Below are positions 20,932 through 30,896 of a stretch of DNA of 64,000 nt, piece after piece. The notes below the pieces were generated by a model. The model had not been told where the DNA came from, did no database searches, and saw nothing but the letters and a program-made list of their open reading frames with translations. Position numbers and translations under genes: made by a program. This stretch comes from Gammaproteobacteria bacterium. GTDB taxonomy: Bacteria; Pseudomonadota; Gammaproteobacteria; JAURND01. How positions within the stretch are numbered: the first letter of the stretch is position 1; the number at the start of each line of letters is the position of its first letter. The stretch covers positions 37,386-101,385 of the forward strand of contig DASZWJ010000019.1 in the NCBI GenBank assembly GCA_035546635.1, written 5' to 3'.

Positions 20932-20965
20932 TCACCCCCTTTTTCACAGGGGGTGACCCTTTTTA
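20932..20965 (+). terminator. rho-independent terminator hairpin (member of the CCCCTTTTTCAxGGGGG family)
   Basis: A 9-bp stem (TCACCCCCT / AGGGGGTGA) followed by CCCTTTTT. Confidence 0.6.
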
Positions 20966-21886
20966 AGTTTTATGCAATTCTAGCCGCAACAATCCATGCT
21001 CATTTTGTTCTGGCTGTAACCAGCGAACTCCGCCAACAGTATTCATGGCATTAGGATGCCCCATCCACGGTTCAATGCAAATAAAAGGCTGCTCAATCGG
21101 AGTGTAAATCTGAATATACGGAAATAAATCAGGATCTTCGACGCCGCCTGCTGTCATTTCAATGATGTCTCCATTGGGAAAGATCAGCCGAGTAGTTTTA
21201 TCAATGCCTAATTGGGTTAAGCGTTCATTAATATCAGCAGTTATTGTAGTGGGTACAGCGTATAAATCTCTTTCGCCCACTAAATCAGTTAAGGTTTCAT
21301 TATAAGCCAGGCATTTAATAGGGTGAAAGTCTAGAATCACTTTTTCCTTGCCTTGATTAAATGCGGGTGTCGAAAAATACGGGTGAAATCCCGCGTAATA
21401 GGGCATGGGTTTGTCGCTGCGATTAGTGTAGGTTTGGGCGCATAACAAAACGCCGGATTCGATGGTATAGTCTAGCTCTAAAGTAAAATGAAATGGATAA
21501 ACAATCCTTGTTTCTGCATTATCTTCTAGGATTAAAATAATCCGCTTATCGGTATACTCAGCAACCTGCCAAGGGAGTCGCCAAGCAAATCCATGTATGG
21601 GTAATTGGTAATGATGACCATCATAAAAGTAATATCCCTCTTTGCCATAACGTTCTAGTCGGCCACAGGTTGGAAAACAAAAAGGCCAGCCGCCGGTTAA
21701 GCGTGTGAAGTCAGAGTCCCAAAAATATTCGTGCTGAAACAGTAATTCCCGTGGACCCGAATTGCCAGGCATGATAATAGATGAAGCCATGCCGCCGCGT
21801 TCAGGAATAAATGTGGCTTGAGTCGAGCCATCAGGTGAACTGATACTATAGCTTTTACCGATAGGGGTGGTTTTTATTTGAGGCAT
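20963..21886 (-). CDS. aldose 1-epimerase (galactose mutarotase-like) family protein
   Basis: About 307 aa with a mutarotase-like beta-sandwich signature (FHPYF, HGF). Start set at MPQIKT after an AAGGA RBS; the ORF is open to 21916. Confidence 0.55.
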   Translation of the reverse strand: MPQIKTTPIGKSYSISSPDGSTQATFIPERGGMASSIIMPGNSGPRELLFQHEYFWDSDFTRLTGGWPFCFPTCGRLERYGKEGYYFYDGHHYQLPIHGFAWRLPWQVAEYTDKRIILILEDNAETRIVYPFHFTLELDYTIESGVLLCAQTYTNRSDKPMPYYAGFHPYFSTPAFNQGKEKVILDFHPIKCLAYNETLTDLVGERDLYAVPTTITADINERLTQLGIDKTTRLIFPNGDIIEMTAGGVEDPDLFPYIQIYTPIEQPFICIEPWMGHPNAMNTVGGVRWLQPEQNEHGLLRLELHKT

Positions 21887-21932
21887 TTTAGATTTATCCT
21901 TGTGAGATTTTCGCAAGTATTTACTTCTAAGT

Positions 21933-21965
21933 TTTCATCCTGAGCGTAAGAGAAGGATGACAGCT
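21933..21965. repeat. GTCATCCTGAGCG...AAGGATGAC palindromic repeat
   Basis: TTTCATCCTGAGCGTAAGAGAAGGATGACAG, located just upstream of the ilv promoter. Confidence 0.7.
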
Positions 21966-21972
21966 TTTGCGG

Positions 21973-22001
21973 TTGACATTGGTAGCCTATAACTTTAAGA
22001 T
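21973..22001 (+). promoter_or_regulatory. sigma70-like promoter of the ilv leader/operon
   Basis: TTGACA (21973-21978), a 17-nt spacer, then TAAGAT (21996-22001), about 40 nt upstream of the leader ATG. Confidence 0.5.
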
Positions 22002-22038
22002 ACCAAGATTATATACTTCAAATAAATTAGAGTACAAA

Positions 22039-22134
22039 ATGTCTTCATATAAAAACATAGCCATTCGCATTTTTAACCTTATTATCGTGGTGATTCTTAG
22101 TCGCGAGGTGCGGGGCTGTGTCTTGAAACGATAG
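22039..22134 (+). CDS. ilv operon leader peptide (Ile/Val/Leu-rich)
   Basis: 31 aa, MSSYKNIAIRIFNLIIVVILSREVRGCVLKR. The central block has 6 Ile, 2 Val and 2 Leu, and the 31-aa peptide has 3 Val and 4 Leu in total. It sits immediately upstream of the attenuator and ilvB. Confidence 0.75.
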   Translation: MSSYKNIAIRIFNLIIVVILSREVRGCVLKR

Positions 22135-22154
22135 ACGAACAGCAGGGTAAAAGA

Positions 22155-22190
22155 CCCCGCACCTCTTCCAGAGATGCGGGGTTTTTTTTT
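22155..22190 (+). terminator. ilv attenuator (rho-independent terminator)
   Basis: CCCCGCA...TGCGGGG stem followed by a T9 run. Leader segment GAGGTGCGGGG (22105-22115) is perfectly complementary to CCCCGCACCTC (22155-22165), giving a mutually exclusive antiterminator. Confidence 0.8.
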
Positions 22191-22221
22191 GAGCAGAATT
22201 TTTTTTAGTAAGGTGGATCTT

Positions 22222-23919
22222 ATGCAAATGACAGGTGCACAAGCTCTGTTGCAATGCTTATTGCATGAAGGAGTTGACCTTCTATTTGGTTATCCCGGCG
22301 GGGCTATCATGCCCACTTATGATGCTTTGTATGATGTGCGTTCGGAGTTGCGTCATATTCTAGTGCGCCATGAACAAGGTGCAGCGCATGCAGCGCAAGG
22401 TTACGCACGGGTAACAGGTAAGACGGGAGTATGTTTGGTAACTTCTGGGCCGGGAGCCACTAATTTAATTACTGGTATCACCGATGCTATGCTGGATTCT
22501 ACCCCGATTGTTTGTATCACTGGGCAGGTAGCCAGCTCCTTTTTGGGCACTGACGCTTTTCAGGAAGCAGATATTATTGGTATGTCATTGCCCGTCACCA
22601 AATGGAATTATCAAATTACTGATGCAGAAGAAATTCCAAAAGTAGTGGCTAAGGCATTTTATATTGCCCGCCATGGCCGACCCGGTCCGGTACTGATAGA
22701 TATCACGAAAGATGCACAATTTGGTCCATTAAATTTTTCCTATCAAAAATACATACCTGTCGATCCTCCGGTTCATCATCAACCACTTTCACAACAATCA
22801 TTAATTAAAGCAGCTGAGTTAATTAATCAATCGCATCGCCCATATATTTTAGCGGGGCAGGGAGTTTTATTAGCACATGCTGAACAAGAGCTACTAGATT
22901 TTGCAGTGAAAGCCAATATACCGGTTGCTTGTACTTTATTAGGATTGTCGTCATTTCCCATGGATCATCCATTGTATGCGGGAATGCTAGGAATGCATGG
23001 CAATTATGGGTCTAATTTATTAACAAATGAAGCCGATGTCATTATTGCAGTGGGAATGCGTTTTGATGATAGAGTCACGGGTAATTTGGCTAATTATGCC
23101 AAACAAGCCAAAATTATCCATATTGATATTGATCCCGCGGAGATCAATAAAAATGTCCAAGTTGAAGTGGGACTGTTGGCGGATGCTGGATATGCGCTAA
23201 GAGAATTAATGCCTTATTTAGATGGTCAACGCAGCCAGGATTTACATGAAGCTTGGGTAAATCAATTTAAAGAATGTTATCAAACTGAATATGACCAGGT
23301 CATCGTTCATGAAATTCACCCTGATGGTAAAAACATCAAAATGGCAGAAGTCATTCATGAACTATCCAATAAAACAGAAGGTAAAGCCATTTTAGTCACA
23401 GATGTAGGCCAGCATCAAATGGTGGCCGCACGTTATTATCGGTTTATGCAGCATAATTCTTTAGTGACTTCAGGTGGGCTTGGCACCATGGGTTTTGCCT
23501 TGCCAGCGGCAGTGGGCGCCAAACTCGGCGATCCTAACCGGCACGTGATTGCAATTATTGGTGATGGCGGCTTTCAAATGAATATACAAGAACTGGGTGT
23601 TATCTCACAAGAAAACTTGCCAGTGAAAATTATCATACTGAATAATGGCCATTTGGGTATGGTGCGGCAATGGCAGGAATTATTTTTTGAACAACGCTAT
23701 TCATTTGTACAGTTGAAAAATCCTGATTTTATAAAAATTGCTGAGGGTTATGCGATTTCTGGCTGTAGAGTGAAAGACAGTGCTGAATTTCGTTCCGCAC
23801 TGGATACGATGTTAAATTTTGATGGGCCGTATTTGTTAGAAGTGGTTGTGGAAATGGAAGAAAACATTTTCCCTATGGTGCCATCGGGTTGTGGTGTCGG
23901 AGAAGTCCGATTATCTTAA
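22222..23919 (+). CDS. ilvB: acetolactate synthase large subunit (biosynthetic AHAS)
   Basis: ThDP-binding motif (IGDGGFQMN) and FAD-binding middle domain. RBS AAGGTGG precedes it. Confidence 0.95.
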   Translation: MQMTGAQALLQCLLHEGVDLLFGYPGGAIMPTYDALYDVRSELRHILVRHEQGAAHAAQGYARVTGKTGVCLVTSGPGATNLITGITDAMLDSTPIVCITGQVASSFLGTDAFQEADIIGMSLPVTKWNYQITDAEEIPKVVAKAFYIARHGRPGPVLIDITKDAQFGPLNFSYQKYIPVDPPVHHQPLSQQSLIKAAELINQSHRPYILAGQGVLLAHAEQELLDFAVKANIPVACTLLGLSSFPMDHPLYAGMLGMHGNYGSNLLTNEADVIIAVGMRFDDRVTGNLANYAKQAKIIHIDIDPAEINKNVQVEVGLLADAGYALRELMPYLDGQRSQDLHEAWVNQFKECYQTEYDQVIVHEIHPDGKNIKMAEVIHELSNKTEGKAILVTDVGQHQMVAARYYRFMQHNSLVTSGGLGTMGFALPAAVGAKLGDPNRHVIAIIGDGGFQMNIQELGVISQENLPVKIIILNNGHLGMVRQWQELFFEQRYSFVQLKNPDFIKIAEGYAISGCRVKDSAEFRSALDTMLNFDGPYLLEVVVEMEENIFPMVPSGCGVGEVRLS

Positions 23920-23932
23920 GAGGTATGTTTAA

Positions 23933-24190
23933 ATGCAATATATTTATGCAATTTCAGTAGTCACTGAAAATACTTTGCGGGTTTTGCAACGTTTAGCGGG
24001 TATATTTGCGCGTTATCGCTTGAATATTGAACAGATGAATGTCTTTGAAACCGGCAATCGGGGGACTTCGTATTTTAATATTATTGTGCACAGTAATGCT
24101 AAAACCGCAGATCGCGTGATAAAACAGCTGGAAAAAATTTTTGAATTGAAAGAGGTTAAGATAGTCAGTCAGATACCATTGTCATCTTGA
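23933..24190 (+). CDS. ilvN: acetolactate synthase small (regulatory) subunit, short ACT-only form
   Basis: 85-aa ACT domain (ISVVTENTLRVLQRLAGIFARYRLNIEQMNV). Confidence 0.85.
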   Translation: MQYIYAISVVTENTLRVLQRLAGIFARYRLNIEQMNVFETGNRGTSYFNIIVHSNAKTADRVIKQLEKIFELKEVKIVSQIPLSS

Positions 24191-24198
24191 TTCAACCC

Positions 24199-24300
24199 CA
24201 CTCGTCGTTCCGGCATGGATGCCGGGATCCATGTCGCATGGAAAGCGAAACTTTAACTTCCCTGTCAACTGGATTCCGGTATCCATGCCGGGACGACGTA
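24199..24300. repeat. MITE-like element family A, copy 1 (inside the ilv operon between ilvN and ilvC)
   Basis: ~100 bp with ~28-bp terminal inverted repeats CGTCGTTCCGGCATGGATGCCGGGATCC / GGATTCCGGTATCCATGCCGGGACGACG. The core GGAAAGCGAAACTTTAACTTCCCTGTCAACTGGAT is nearly identical to the copy at 41193-41291. Confidence 0.85.
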
Positions 24301-24346
24301 CCAGGGGTACAGCGTTTATTCCCAATAAAACCATAGGAGTTAATTT

Positions 24347-25417
24347 ATGCCAACCATGCAATTTGGTAGTGTTTCTGAAAAAGTAATCACCCGTGAAGAA
24401 TTTCCATTAACTAAAGCTAAAGAAGTATTAAAAGACGAAGTGATTGCTATTATTGGCTATGGCGTACAAGGCCCTGCTCAAGCGCTCAATTTAAGAGATA
24501 GTGGATTTAAAGTAATCATTGGTCAAAGGCAGAATAGCCCTTCTTGGCAACAGGCTATTAAAGATGGCTGGATTCCAGATAAAGATTTATTTAGTATTGA
24601 AGAGGCTTGTGAAAAGGCGACTTTTATTTGTTATCTCTTGTCTGATGCGGCGCAGATTCAAGTATGGCCGACGGTGAAAAAATATTTGACTCCAGGAAAA
24701 ACCCTTTATTTTTCTCATGGTTTTGCTGTGACTTACCATGACCAAACTCAAGTATTACCTCCTAAAGACGTGGATGTCATATTAGTAGCACCTAAAGGTT
24801 CTGGCCGTAGTGTGCGCCGATTATTTTTAGACGGCAAAGGTATTAATTCCAGTTATGCGGTTTTCCAAGATGCTACAGGCAAGGCTGAACAAAAGGCATT
24901 GGCATTTGGCATTGGTGTAGGTTCTGGATACCTATTTCAAACTGATTTTAAGAAAGAAGTTTACAGTGATTTATTCGGAGAACGTGGTGTGTTGATGGGC
25001 GCTTTGGCCGGAGTCATCAAGGCACAATATGAGGTGTTGCGCAAAAATGGTCATTCTCCCACTGAAGCGTTTAATGAAACCGTAGAAGAGCTGACACAAA
25101 GTTTGGTGCCGCTGGTCGGTGAAAATGGCATGGATTGGATGTATGCCAATTGTTCTGCTACTGCACAGCGTGGGGCATTAGATTGGTTGCCAAAATTTCA
25201 GCAGGCGGTATTACCGGTTTTTGAAGCACTTTATAAAAGTGTGGCCGATGGTAGTGAAACGGCGCGGGTGATTGAAGCGAATGGTCAGGCAAATTATAAA
25301 GAAAAATTAAATAAAGAACTTGAGCAAATGCGCAATGAGGAGCTCTGGCAAGTAGGCGCTAAGGTTAGGGCGCTGCGACCGGAGTCGGAGAGTAAGAAAA
25401 GTACTATTACCTCATAA
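24347..25417 (+). CDS. ilvC: ketol-acid reductoisomerase (class I, short form)
   Basis: NADPH Rossmann motif (IAIIGYGVQGPAQALNLRDSG). Length is 356 aa. RBS AGGAG precedes it. Confidence 0.95.
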   Translation: MPTMQFGSVSEKVITREEFPLTKAKEVLKDEVIAIIGYGVQGPAQALNLRDSGFKVIIGQRQNSPSWQQAIKDGWIPDKDLFSIEEACEKATFICYLLSDAAQIQVWPTVKKYLTPGKTLYFSHGFAVTYHDQTQVLPPKDVDVILVAPKGSGRSVRRLFLDGKGINSSYAVFQDATGKAEQKALAFGIGVGSGYLFQTDFKKEVYSDLFGERGVLMGALAGVIKAQYEVLRKNGHSPTEAFNETVEELTQSLVPLVGENGMDWMYANCSATAQRGALDWLPKFQQAVLPVFEALYKSVADGSETARVIEANGQANYKEKLNKELEQMRNEELWQVGAKVRALRPESESKKSTITS

Positions 25418-25435
25418 ATAAGGAGATATTATATT

Positions 25436-25461
25436 TCCTTCTCCCACAAGGGGAGAAGGAT
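25436..25461 (+). promoter_or_regulatory. intercistronic stem-loop after ilvC (no T-run)
   Basis: Hairpin with 9-bp arms (CCTTCTCCC / GGGAGAAGG) around an ACAAG loop. It is related to the CTCCCACAAGG palindromes of the 35.7-kb element. Confidence 0.5.
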
Positions 25462-25488
25462 ATCTGCAAGTAACAAACGGATCACATC

Positions 25489-27285
25489 ATGTATCAACTT
25501 TTAGATTTTGCCACTAAAAAACCAGTAACTCCACGCGGTTTAGTATTCACCGGCGAAGACTCTCCCTGGGAAGTAGTCATGGACATTGCTGCGATTAAAA
25601 AGCAGCTCAATCTGGATTACTTTAAAATCGCTCCACCAGGATTGTCGAAATATTTGCCTTTTATGCCGATTCAGCAAAGTGCTGAATTTATTTCTTTGCG
25701 TGAAACGGCCACGCCGCTTATAAAAAGTAAAACCATAGGTAAATTATTAGGTTTAGATTTATATTTCAAAGTTGAGGGAAAAAATACCACCGGTTCATTT
25801 AAAGATCGGGGCTCGGCGGTGGATATTTCTGTCGCGCGCGAATTTGGCGCAAGTAGTATTATTTTAGCTTCAACAGGTAATATGGCTGCTTCCTGCGCTT
25901 GTTATGCAGCCGCAGCAAAAATTCCATGCTTTATTTTGGTGCCAGAAGGTGTTGCGGTAGCCAAGTTGGCACAGGTGATTGCTTTTGGCGGACGTATTGT
26001 GCAAATCAAAGGTCATTATAATGACGCAGCACGTCTAGCGGAATCTCTTGCCGAAAAAATGGGATTTTATTTGGCGGGGGATTACGCTTATCGTGTTGAA
26101 GGACAAAAAACCGCCGCCTTTGAAATTATTGACCAATTATTTTTTCAGCCACCTGATCTGGTGGTCGTTCCCATTGGTTGTGGCACTAATATTACCGCCT
26201 ATAAAAAAGGCTTTAGTGAATATCGAGAGTTGGGTTTAATCGATAAAATACCACAATTGATGGGCGTAGAAGCTGAAGGTGCGGCGGCGGTGGTCAATAG
26301 TTTTGAAAAGCATGTCACGACTATTCAACCATTGGAAAGCGCTAATACCATTGCTACGGCTATCGCTGTGCCCAATCCTTTAGATGGCATAAAAGCTTTA
26401 GATGCGATTTATTCAACCGGTGGCAGTGCAGTGGCTGTTAGTGACCAGGAAATTTTACAAGCACAATATTTGTTATCAACTGAAGAAGGCTTGTTTGTTG
26501 AAAGTGCTGCTGCAGCTACCGTTGCCGCATTGCTTAAAGCGGGTCGCCAGCAAAAACTTGTTTCTGGCAAGGTAGTCTGCGTTTTAACTGGTGATGGGCT
26601 TAAAGATGCGAATGTGGTGTTAAAAGCCGCAATTAAACCGCCAACTATTTACCCGGATGAAAAAGCTTTTCTTTCGTTATATCAGAATAATTTCTTCAAA
26701 GGCAAGAGCATGATTTTTGTGGATAAAAATCAAGTGCTGTTTGCATCCGAACCGAGTATTTCCCAAATCAAAGAACAACTCGCTTTGCTGTTTGAGGCAG
26801 ATTATTCAGAAGAATATTTACTGAAAATTAAATCCATTCTTGGAAAATTTTTGCAAAAAGGTAAGGCGGTTACCGTTTCGGATTTTCAAGATTGCATACA
26901 AGATGCTTTAGAAACACCACAAAATAAACCGCAAGAAACCTTTGCGGTGGTAGATTTTGAAGTGACTACAGGCAAAGACCGTGCATCTGTAGCTTCGGTA
27001 ACGATAAAAATTGACGATAAAGAGCATAAAGCTACTGCTCAAGGGGTAGGTCCAGTAGATGCCGTGATTAGCGCTTTGACACATGCCTGTGCCGAAAGAA
27101 TTGTTTTTACTCTAACAGATTATAAAGTAGATATCCGCAGCCAAGGTGTTGATGCAGTGGTTTATGTGGAATTAAAGTTGGCCAAAGATCATTTTTATTC
27201 TTTGGGTCGAGGAACTTCACCGGATATTATTCAGGCTTCTATTGAGGCATTTGAAGAGGCGTATAATGGTTTTGTGGTAGCTTAA
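25489..27285 (+). CDS. threonine-synthase-like PLP enzyme fused to a C-terminal LeuA_dimer (IPMS/citramalate-synthase allosteric) domain
   Basis: Residues ~60-400 match short-type ThrC (GKNTTGSFKDRGSAV, RVEGQKTAAFEI, GCGTNITAY, TIATAIAV, TGDGLKD). Residues ~480-598 match the LeuA C-terminal regulatory domain (AQGVGPVDAV, SQGVDAVVYVEL, GRGTSPDIIQASIEAFEEAYN). An alternative start at 25579 (MDIAAIK, after GGGAAG) is possible. Confidence 0.85.
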   Translation: MYQLLDFATKKPVTPRGLVFTGEDSPWEVVMDIAAIKKQLNLDYFKIAPPGLSKYLPFMPIQQSAEFISLRETATPLIKSKTIGKLLGLDLYFKVEGKNTTGSFKDRGSAVDISVAREFGASSIILASTGNMAASCACYAAAAKIPCFILVPEGVAVAKLAQVIAFGGRIVQIKGHYNDAARLAESLAEKMGFYLAGDYAYRVEGQKTAAFEIIDQLFFQPPDLVVVPIGCGTNITAYKKGFSEYRELGLIDKIPQLMGVEAEGAAAVVNSFEKHVTTIQPLESANTIATAIAVPNPLDGIKALDAIYSTGGSAVAVSDQEILQAQYLLSTEEGLFVESAAAATVAALLKAGRQQKLVSGKVVCVLTGDGLKDANVVLKAAIKPPTIYPDEKAFLSLYQNNFFKGKSMIFVDKNQVLFASEPSISQIKEQLALLFEADYSEEYLLKIKSILGKFLQKGKAVTVSDFQDCIQDALETPQNKPQETFAVVDFEVTTGKDRASVASVTIKIDDKEHKATAQGVGPVDAVISALTHACAERIVFTLTDYKVDIRSQGVDAVVYVELKLAKDHFYSLGRGTSPDIIQASIEAFEEAYNGFVVA

Positions 27286-27332
27286 ATAATGAGAATGAAA
27301 ATTCTAAATCTTTTAAAAATAATACATTCACT

Positions 27333-28283
27333 ATGATATCCAAAATCGAAAAAACATTTCCGCTAGTGATTATTGTTGTGTCTGCACTGGCTATCTTTTC
27401 TCCCGAATTATTTCTTTGGATAAAACCCCATATCCCCATGTTTTTAGGCATAGTCATGTTCTCAATAGGCTTAACTCTGGAAACAGGTGATTTTGTTAAG
27501 GTGTTTAGTCTACGCTGGCAAATCGCAGCATTAGCAATACTTAAATATCTTATCATGCCGATTTTAGCTTATCTTATTGCCGTAGTATTTGGTCTATCGC
27601 AAACGGATTTTATGGGTTTGATAATCATTAGCGCTTGTCCTGGCGGCACTGCTGCGGCTGTCATGTCTTATTTATCCAAATCAAATGTTGTGTTGACTGT
27701 GGTACTCACATTGTTAACAACCTTATTGTCTCCCATTGTCACACCTATCATTATTTATGTATTTTTGCATAAATATGTACCCATCCCATTAACACAGATT
27801 GCCAGCACGATATTTTGGATTGTCTTATTTCCGTTATTTGACGGCTTAGTTTTAAGAAGATTATTGGGTAAAAAAGTCGAGGCGATCAAACCGGTTTTGC
27901 CTTTGGTATCCATGACAGCGATAACCTTATTGATCGCGTGTATAGTAGCAATGAATCACCAAAACATCCTGGCTTTACCATTTCTGGCAGGATTTGCCGT
28001 TCTAACAGACAATCTTTTGGGATTGACTATTGGTTACAGCATTGCCAAAAAACTCTTTGGTTTTAATGCTAAAAATTGCCGTTCAGTGGCCTTTGAATTT
28101 GGTATTTTGGATACAGGCATGGCGGTAGTCTTGGCAACTAAATTTTTTGGAGTTGCCACAGCACTTTGTGGTGCCTTGTTCAGTGCAATTCAGAATGTGA
28201 CTGGCGCGTGTTTGGTCAGAGTATTGCAAAGTGATAGCCAGCATCTAAATATACGGAGGAAAGATCATGAGGCAACTCAATAA
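27333..28283 (+). CDS. bile acid:sodium symporter (BASS/SBF) family transporter
   Basis: 316 aa with ~9-10 TM segments and the BASS fold ([14 protein letters not shown]). It overlaps the ilvD start by 17 nt. Confidence 0.7.
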   Translation: MISKIEKTFPLVIIVVSALAIFSPELFLWIKPHIPMFLGIVMFSIGLTLETGDFVKVFSLRWQIAALAILKYLIMPILAYLIAVVFGLSQTDFMGLIIISACPGGTAAAVMSYLSKSNVVLTVVLTLLTTLLSPIVTPIIIYVFLHKYVPIPLTQIASTIFWIVLFPLFDGLVLRRLLGKKVEAIKPVLPLVSMTAITLLIACIVAMNHQNILALPFLAGFAVLTDNLLGLTIGYSIAKKLFGFNAKNCRSVAFEFGILDTGMAVVLATKFFGVATALCGALFSAIQNVTGACLVRVLQSDSQHLNIRRKDHEATQ

Positions 28284-29949
28284 ATATAGCGCGCATATTA
28301 CCCAACCCCGTTCGCAGGGTGCATCGCAAGCGATGTTATACGCAACTGGTTTGACGGAAACTGATCTGAATAAACCTCAAGTTGGCATAGCCAGCATGTG
28401 GTATGAAGGCAACCCCTGCAATATGCACCTGCAGGATTTAGCCAATATTGTCAAACAAGGGGTACAGGCAGCGGATATGGTGGGTATGCGTTTTAATACC
28501 ATTGGTGTGAGCGATGGTATCTCCATGGGTACGGAAGGCATGCGTTTTTCACTGCAATCACGTGATCTCATTGCTGATTCAATTGAAACGGTAATGAGTG
28601 CGCAGTGGTATGATGGATTGATTACCTTGCCAGGCTGTGACAAAAACATGCCGGGTTGTTTGATTGCTATGGGACGTTTAAACCGTCCGAGTCTGATGAT
28701 ATATGGCGGTACTATTAAAGCAGGTAAATTGGGTAAAGAATCACTGGATATTGTTTCTGCCTTTCAATGTTATGGTGAATATTTAAGTGGCAGAATCGAT
28801 GATAATCAGCGTAAAGCCATTATTCAACACGCTTGCCCAGGTGCTGGTGCCTGTGGCGGAATGTATACCGCGAATACCATGGCTTGCGCCATTGAAGCCT
28901 TAGGAATGAGTCTACCTTACAGCTCCTCTATGCCGGCCATCTCCGCCGAAAAACATCAGGAATGTCTGACAGCAGGTGCCGCAATGCGTTTACTGCTAGA
29001 ACGTGATATCAAACCGCGAGATATCATGACACGTAAAGCGTTTGAAAATGCTGTGGTATTAGTGATTGCTCTGGGCGGTTCCACCAATGCCGTTTTACAC
29101 TTGATTGCAATGGCGCGCACCGTCGATGTGTCGCTAACGTTGGATGATTTTCAGACCATCAGTGCACGTACCCCGCTGTTGGCGGATTTTAAACCCAGTG
29201 GTCATTTTGAAATGGAAGATTTGCACCAATATGGCGGTACTCCGGCGGTGATGAAAATGCTGCTGGAAGCGGGATACTTACATGGTGATTGTTTAACGGT
29301 GACGGGTAAAACCCTGGCTGAAAATTTAGCATCACTACCTGGGTTATCTAAAGGACAGCCAATTATTCACTCGTTAGATCACCCGCTGAAATCAACGGGA
29401 CATTTGAGAATTTTATATGGCAATCTTGCAGAAAAAGGCGCTGTGGCTAAAATTACCGGTAAGGAAGGATTACGTTTCAGCGGCCCCGCCCGAGTATTTG
29501 ACTCAGAAGATGATATGGTTCATGCTCTTGAAGAAAAAAAGATTAATAAAGGCGATGTGGTGGTCATCCGTTACTGTGGTCCTAAAGGCGGTCCTGGTAT
29601 GCCAGAAATGTTGAAGCCTACTTCGGCGATTATGGGGGCAGGTTTAGGCAAAGATGTGGCCTTGATTACAGATGGTCGTTTTTCCGGTGGTTCGCACGGA
29701 TTTATTGTTGGCCATATCTGTCCTGAAGCTCAGGTAGGCGGTGTGATTGCCCTGATTCAAGAGGGCGATCGTATTGAAATTGACGCTGAAAATAATACCT
29801 TAACCGTGGATGTGAGTGAGGCGGAATTAAATGCACGGCGTGCCAAGTGGGTGATGCCGTCTTATAAAGTGACGCAGGGCACTTTGTATAAATATATTAA
29901 GAATGTTGCATCAGCCCAATTAGGCTGTGTCACTGATGAAAATGTATAG
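28267..29949 (+). CDS. ilvD: dihydroxy-acid dehydratase
   Basis: IlvD/EDD motifs ([33 protein letters not shown]). Confidence 0.95.
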   Translation: MRQLNKYSAHITQPRSQGASQAMLYATGLTETDLNKPQVGIASMWYEGNPCNMHLQDLANIVKQGVQAADMVGMRFNTIGVSDGISMGTEGMRFSLQSRDLIADSIETVMSAQWYDGLITLPGCDKNMPGCLIAMGRLNRPSLMIYGGTIKAGKLGKESLDIVSAFQCYGEYLSGRIDDNQRKAIIQHACPGAGACGGMYTANTMACAIEALGMSLPYSSSMPAISAEKHQECLTAGAAMRLLLERDIKPRDIMTRKAFENAVVLVIALGGSTNAVLHLIAMARTVDVSLTLDDFQTISARTPLLADFKPSGHFEMEDLHQYGGTPAVMKMLLEAGYLHGDCLTVTGKTLAENLASLPGLSKGQPIIHSLDHPLKSTGHLRILYGNLAEKGAVAKITGKEGLRFSGPARVFDSEDDMVHALEEKKINKGDVVVIRYCGPKGGPGMPEMLKPTSAIMGAGLGKDVALITDGRFSGGSHGFIVGHICPEAQVGGVIALIQEGDRIEIDAENNTLTVDVSEAELNARRAKWVMPSYKVTQGTLYKYIKNVASAQLGCVTDENV

Positions 29950-29958
29950 GAGAAATGC

Positions 29959-30861
29959 ATGCAAACAACTGAATCTATCTGGTTCAATGGCAAAATGGTT
30001 CCCTGGGATGAGGCGAAAGTTCATGTGCTGACCCATAGCTTACATTATGGTGGTGGTGCATTTGAAGGCATACGCTTCTATAAAACCCCTAAAGGTACAG
30101 CGATTTTTAAATTGAAAGAGCACATTAAGCGCTTATTATATTCAGCCGGTGCGTTAAAAATGTCTTTACCTTATTCCCAAAAAGATATTGAAGCTGCGGC
30201 CATTGAAGTCGTGCGGATTAATAAATTGGAAGAAGGATATATTCGACCAATTATCTTTTTTGGCTATGGCAAAATGGGCGTCAATCCCGTGGGCAGTCCT
30301 GTCGATATTGCGATTGCTTGTTGGCCTTGGGGCGCTTATTTGCCGCATGATGCAGTCGATATTAAAACCAGCGAATTTATTCGTATTCATCCAGACTCCA
30401 CGATAGTAGATGCGAAACTAACCGGACATTATTTAAATGGTATTTTGGCGTCACTTGCCATACAGGGTACGCATTACCATGAGGTATTATTTTTGGATAG
30501 CGAAGATTTTATTTCCGAAGGTGGCGGTGAGAATTTTTTCATTGTTAAAGATGGCGTGTTGTACACCCCGCAGTTGGGTACGATCTTAGCTGGTATCACA
30601 CGAGAAACCATTATGCAGCTCGCTCAAGATATGGGTATAAAAGTAGTGCAGAAAAATATTACCCTGGATGAAGCTTATGCAGCGGATGAGGCATTTTTTA
30701 CGGGTACGGCTGCAGAAGTGACGGCAATTCGTTCTATTGATGACAAAGCAATCGGTGCGGTGCAACCAGGTTCGGTGACGACGCGGATCAAAACGGCTTA
30801 TATGGATTTGGTACATGGTGGGAATCCTAAATATGCGGAAAGTTTGACTTATGTTAAGTGA
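29959..30861 (+). CDS. ilvE: branched-chain amino acid aminotransferase (class IV)
   Basis: Fold-type IV motifs (LHYGGGAFEGIRFY, EGGGENFFIV). Confidence 0.9.
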   Translation: MQTTESIWFNGKMVPWDEAKVHVLTHSLHYGGGAFEGIRFYKTPKGTAIFKLKEHIKRLLYSAGALKMSLPYSQKDIEAAAIEVVRINKLEEGYIRPIIFFGYGKMGVNPVGSPVDIAIACWPWGAYLPHDAVDIKTSEFIRIHPDSTIVDAKLTGHYLNGILASLAIQGTHYHEVLFLDSEDFISEGGGENFFIVKDGVLYTPQLGTILAGITRETIMQLAQDMGIKVVQKNITLDEAYAADEAFFTGTAAEVTAIRSIDDKAIGAVQPGSVTTRIKTAYMDLVHGGNPKYAESLTYVK

Positions 30862-30896
30862 AGAGCCGCTGTCATTATCTTAGGAAAAAAGTAACG

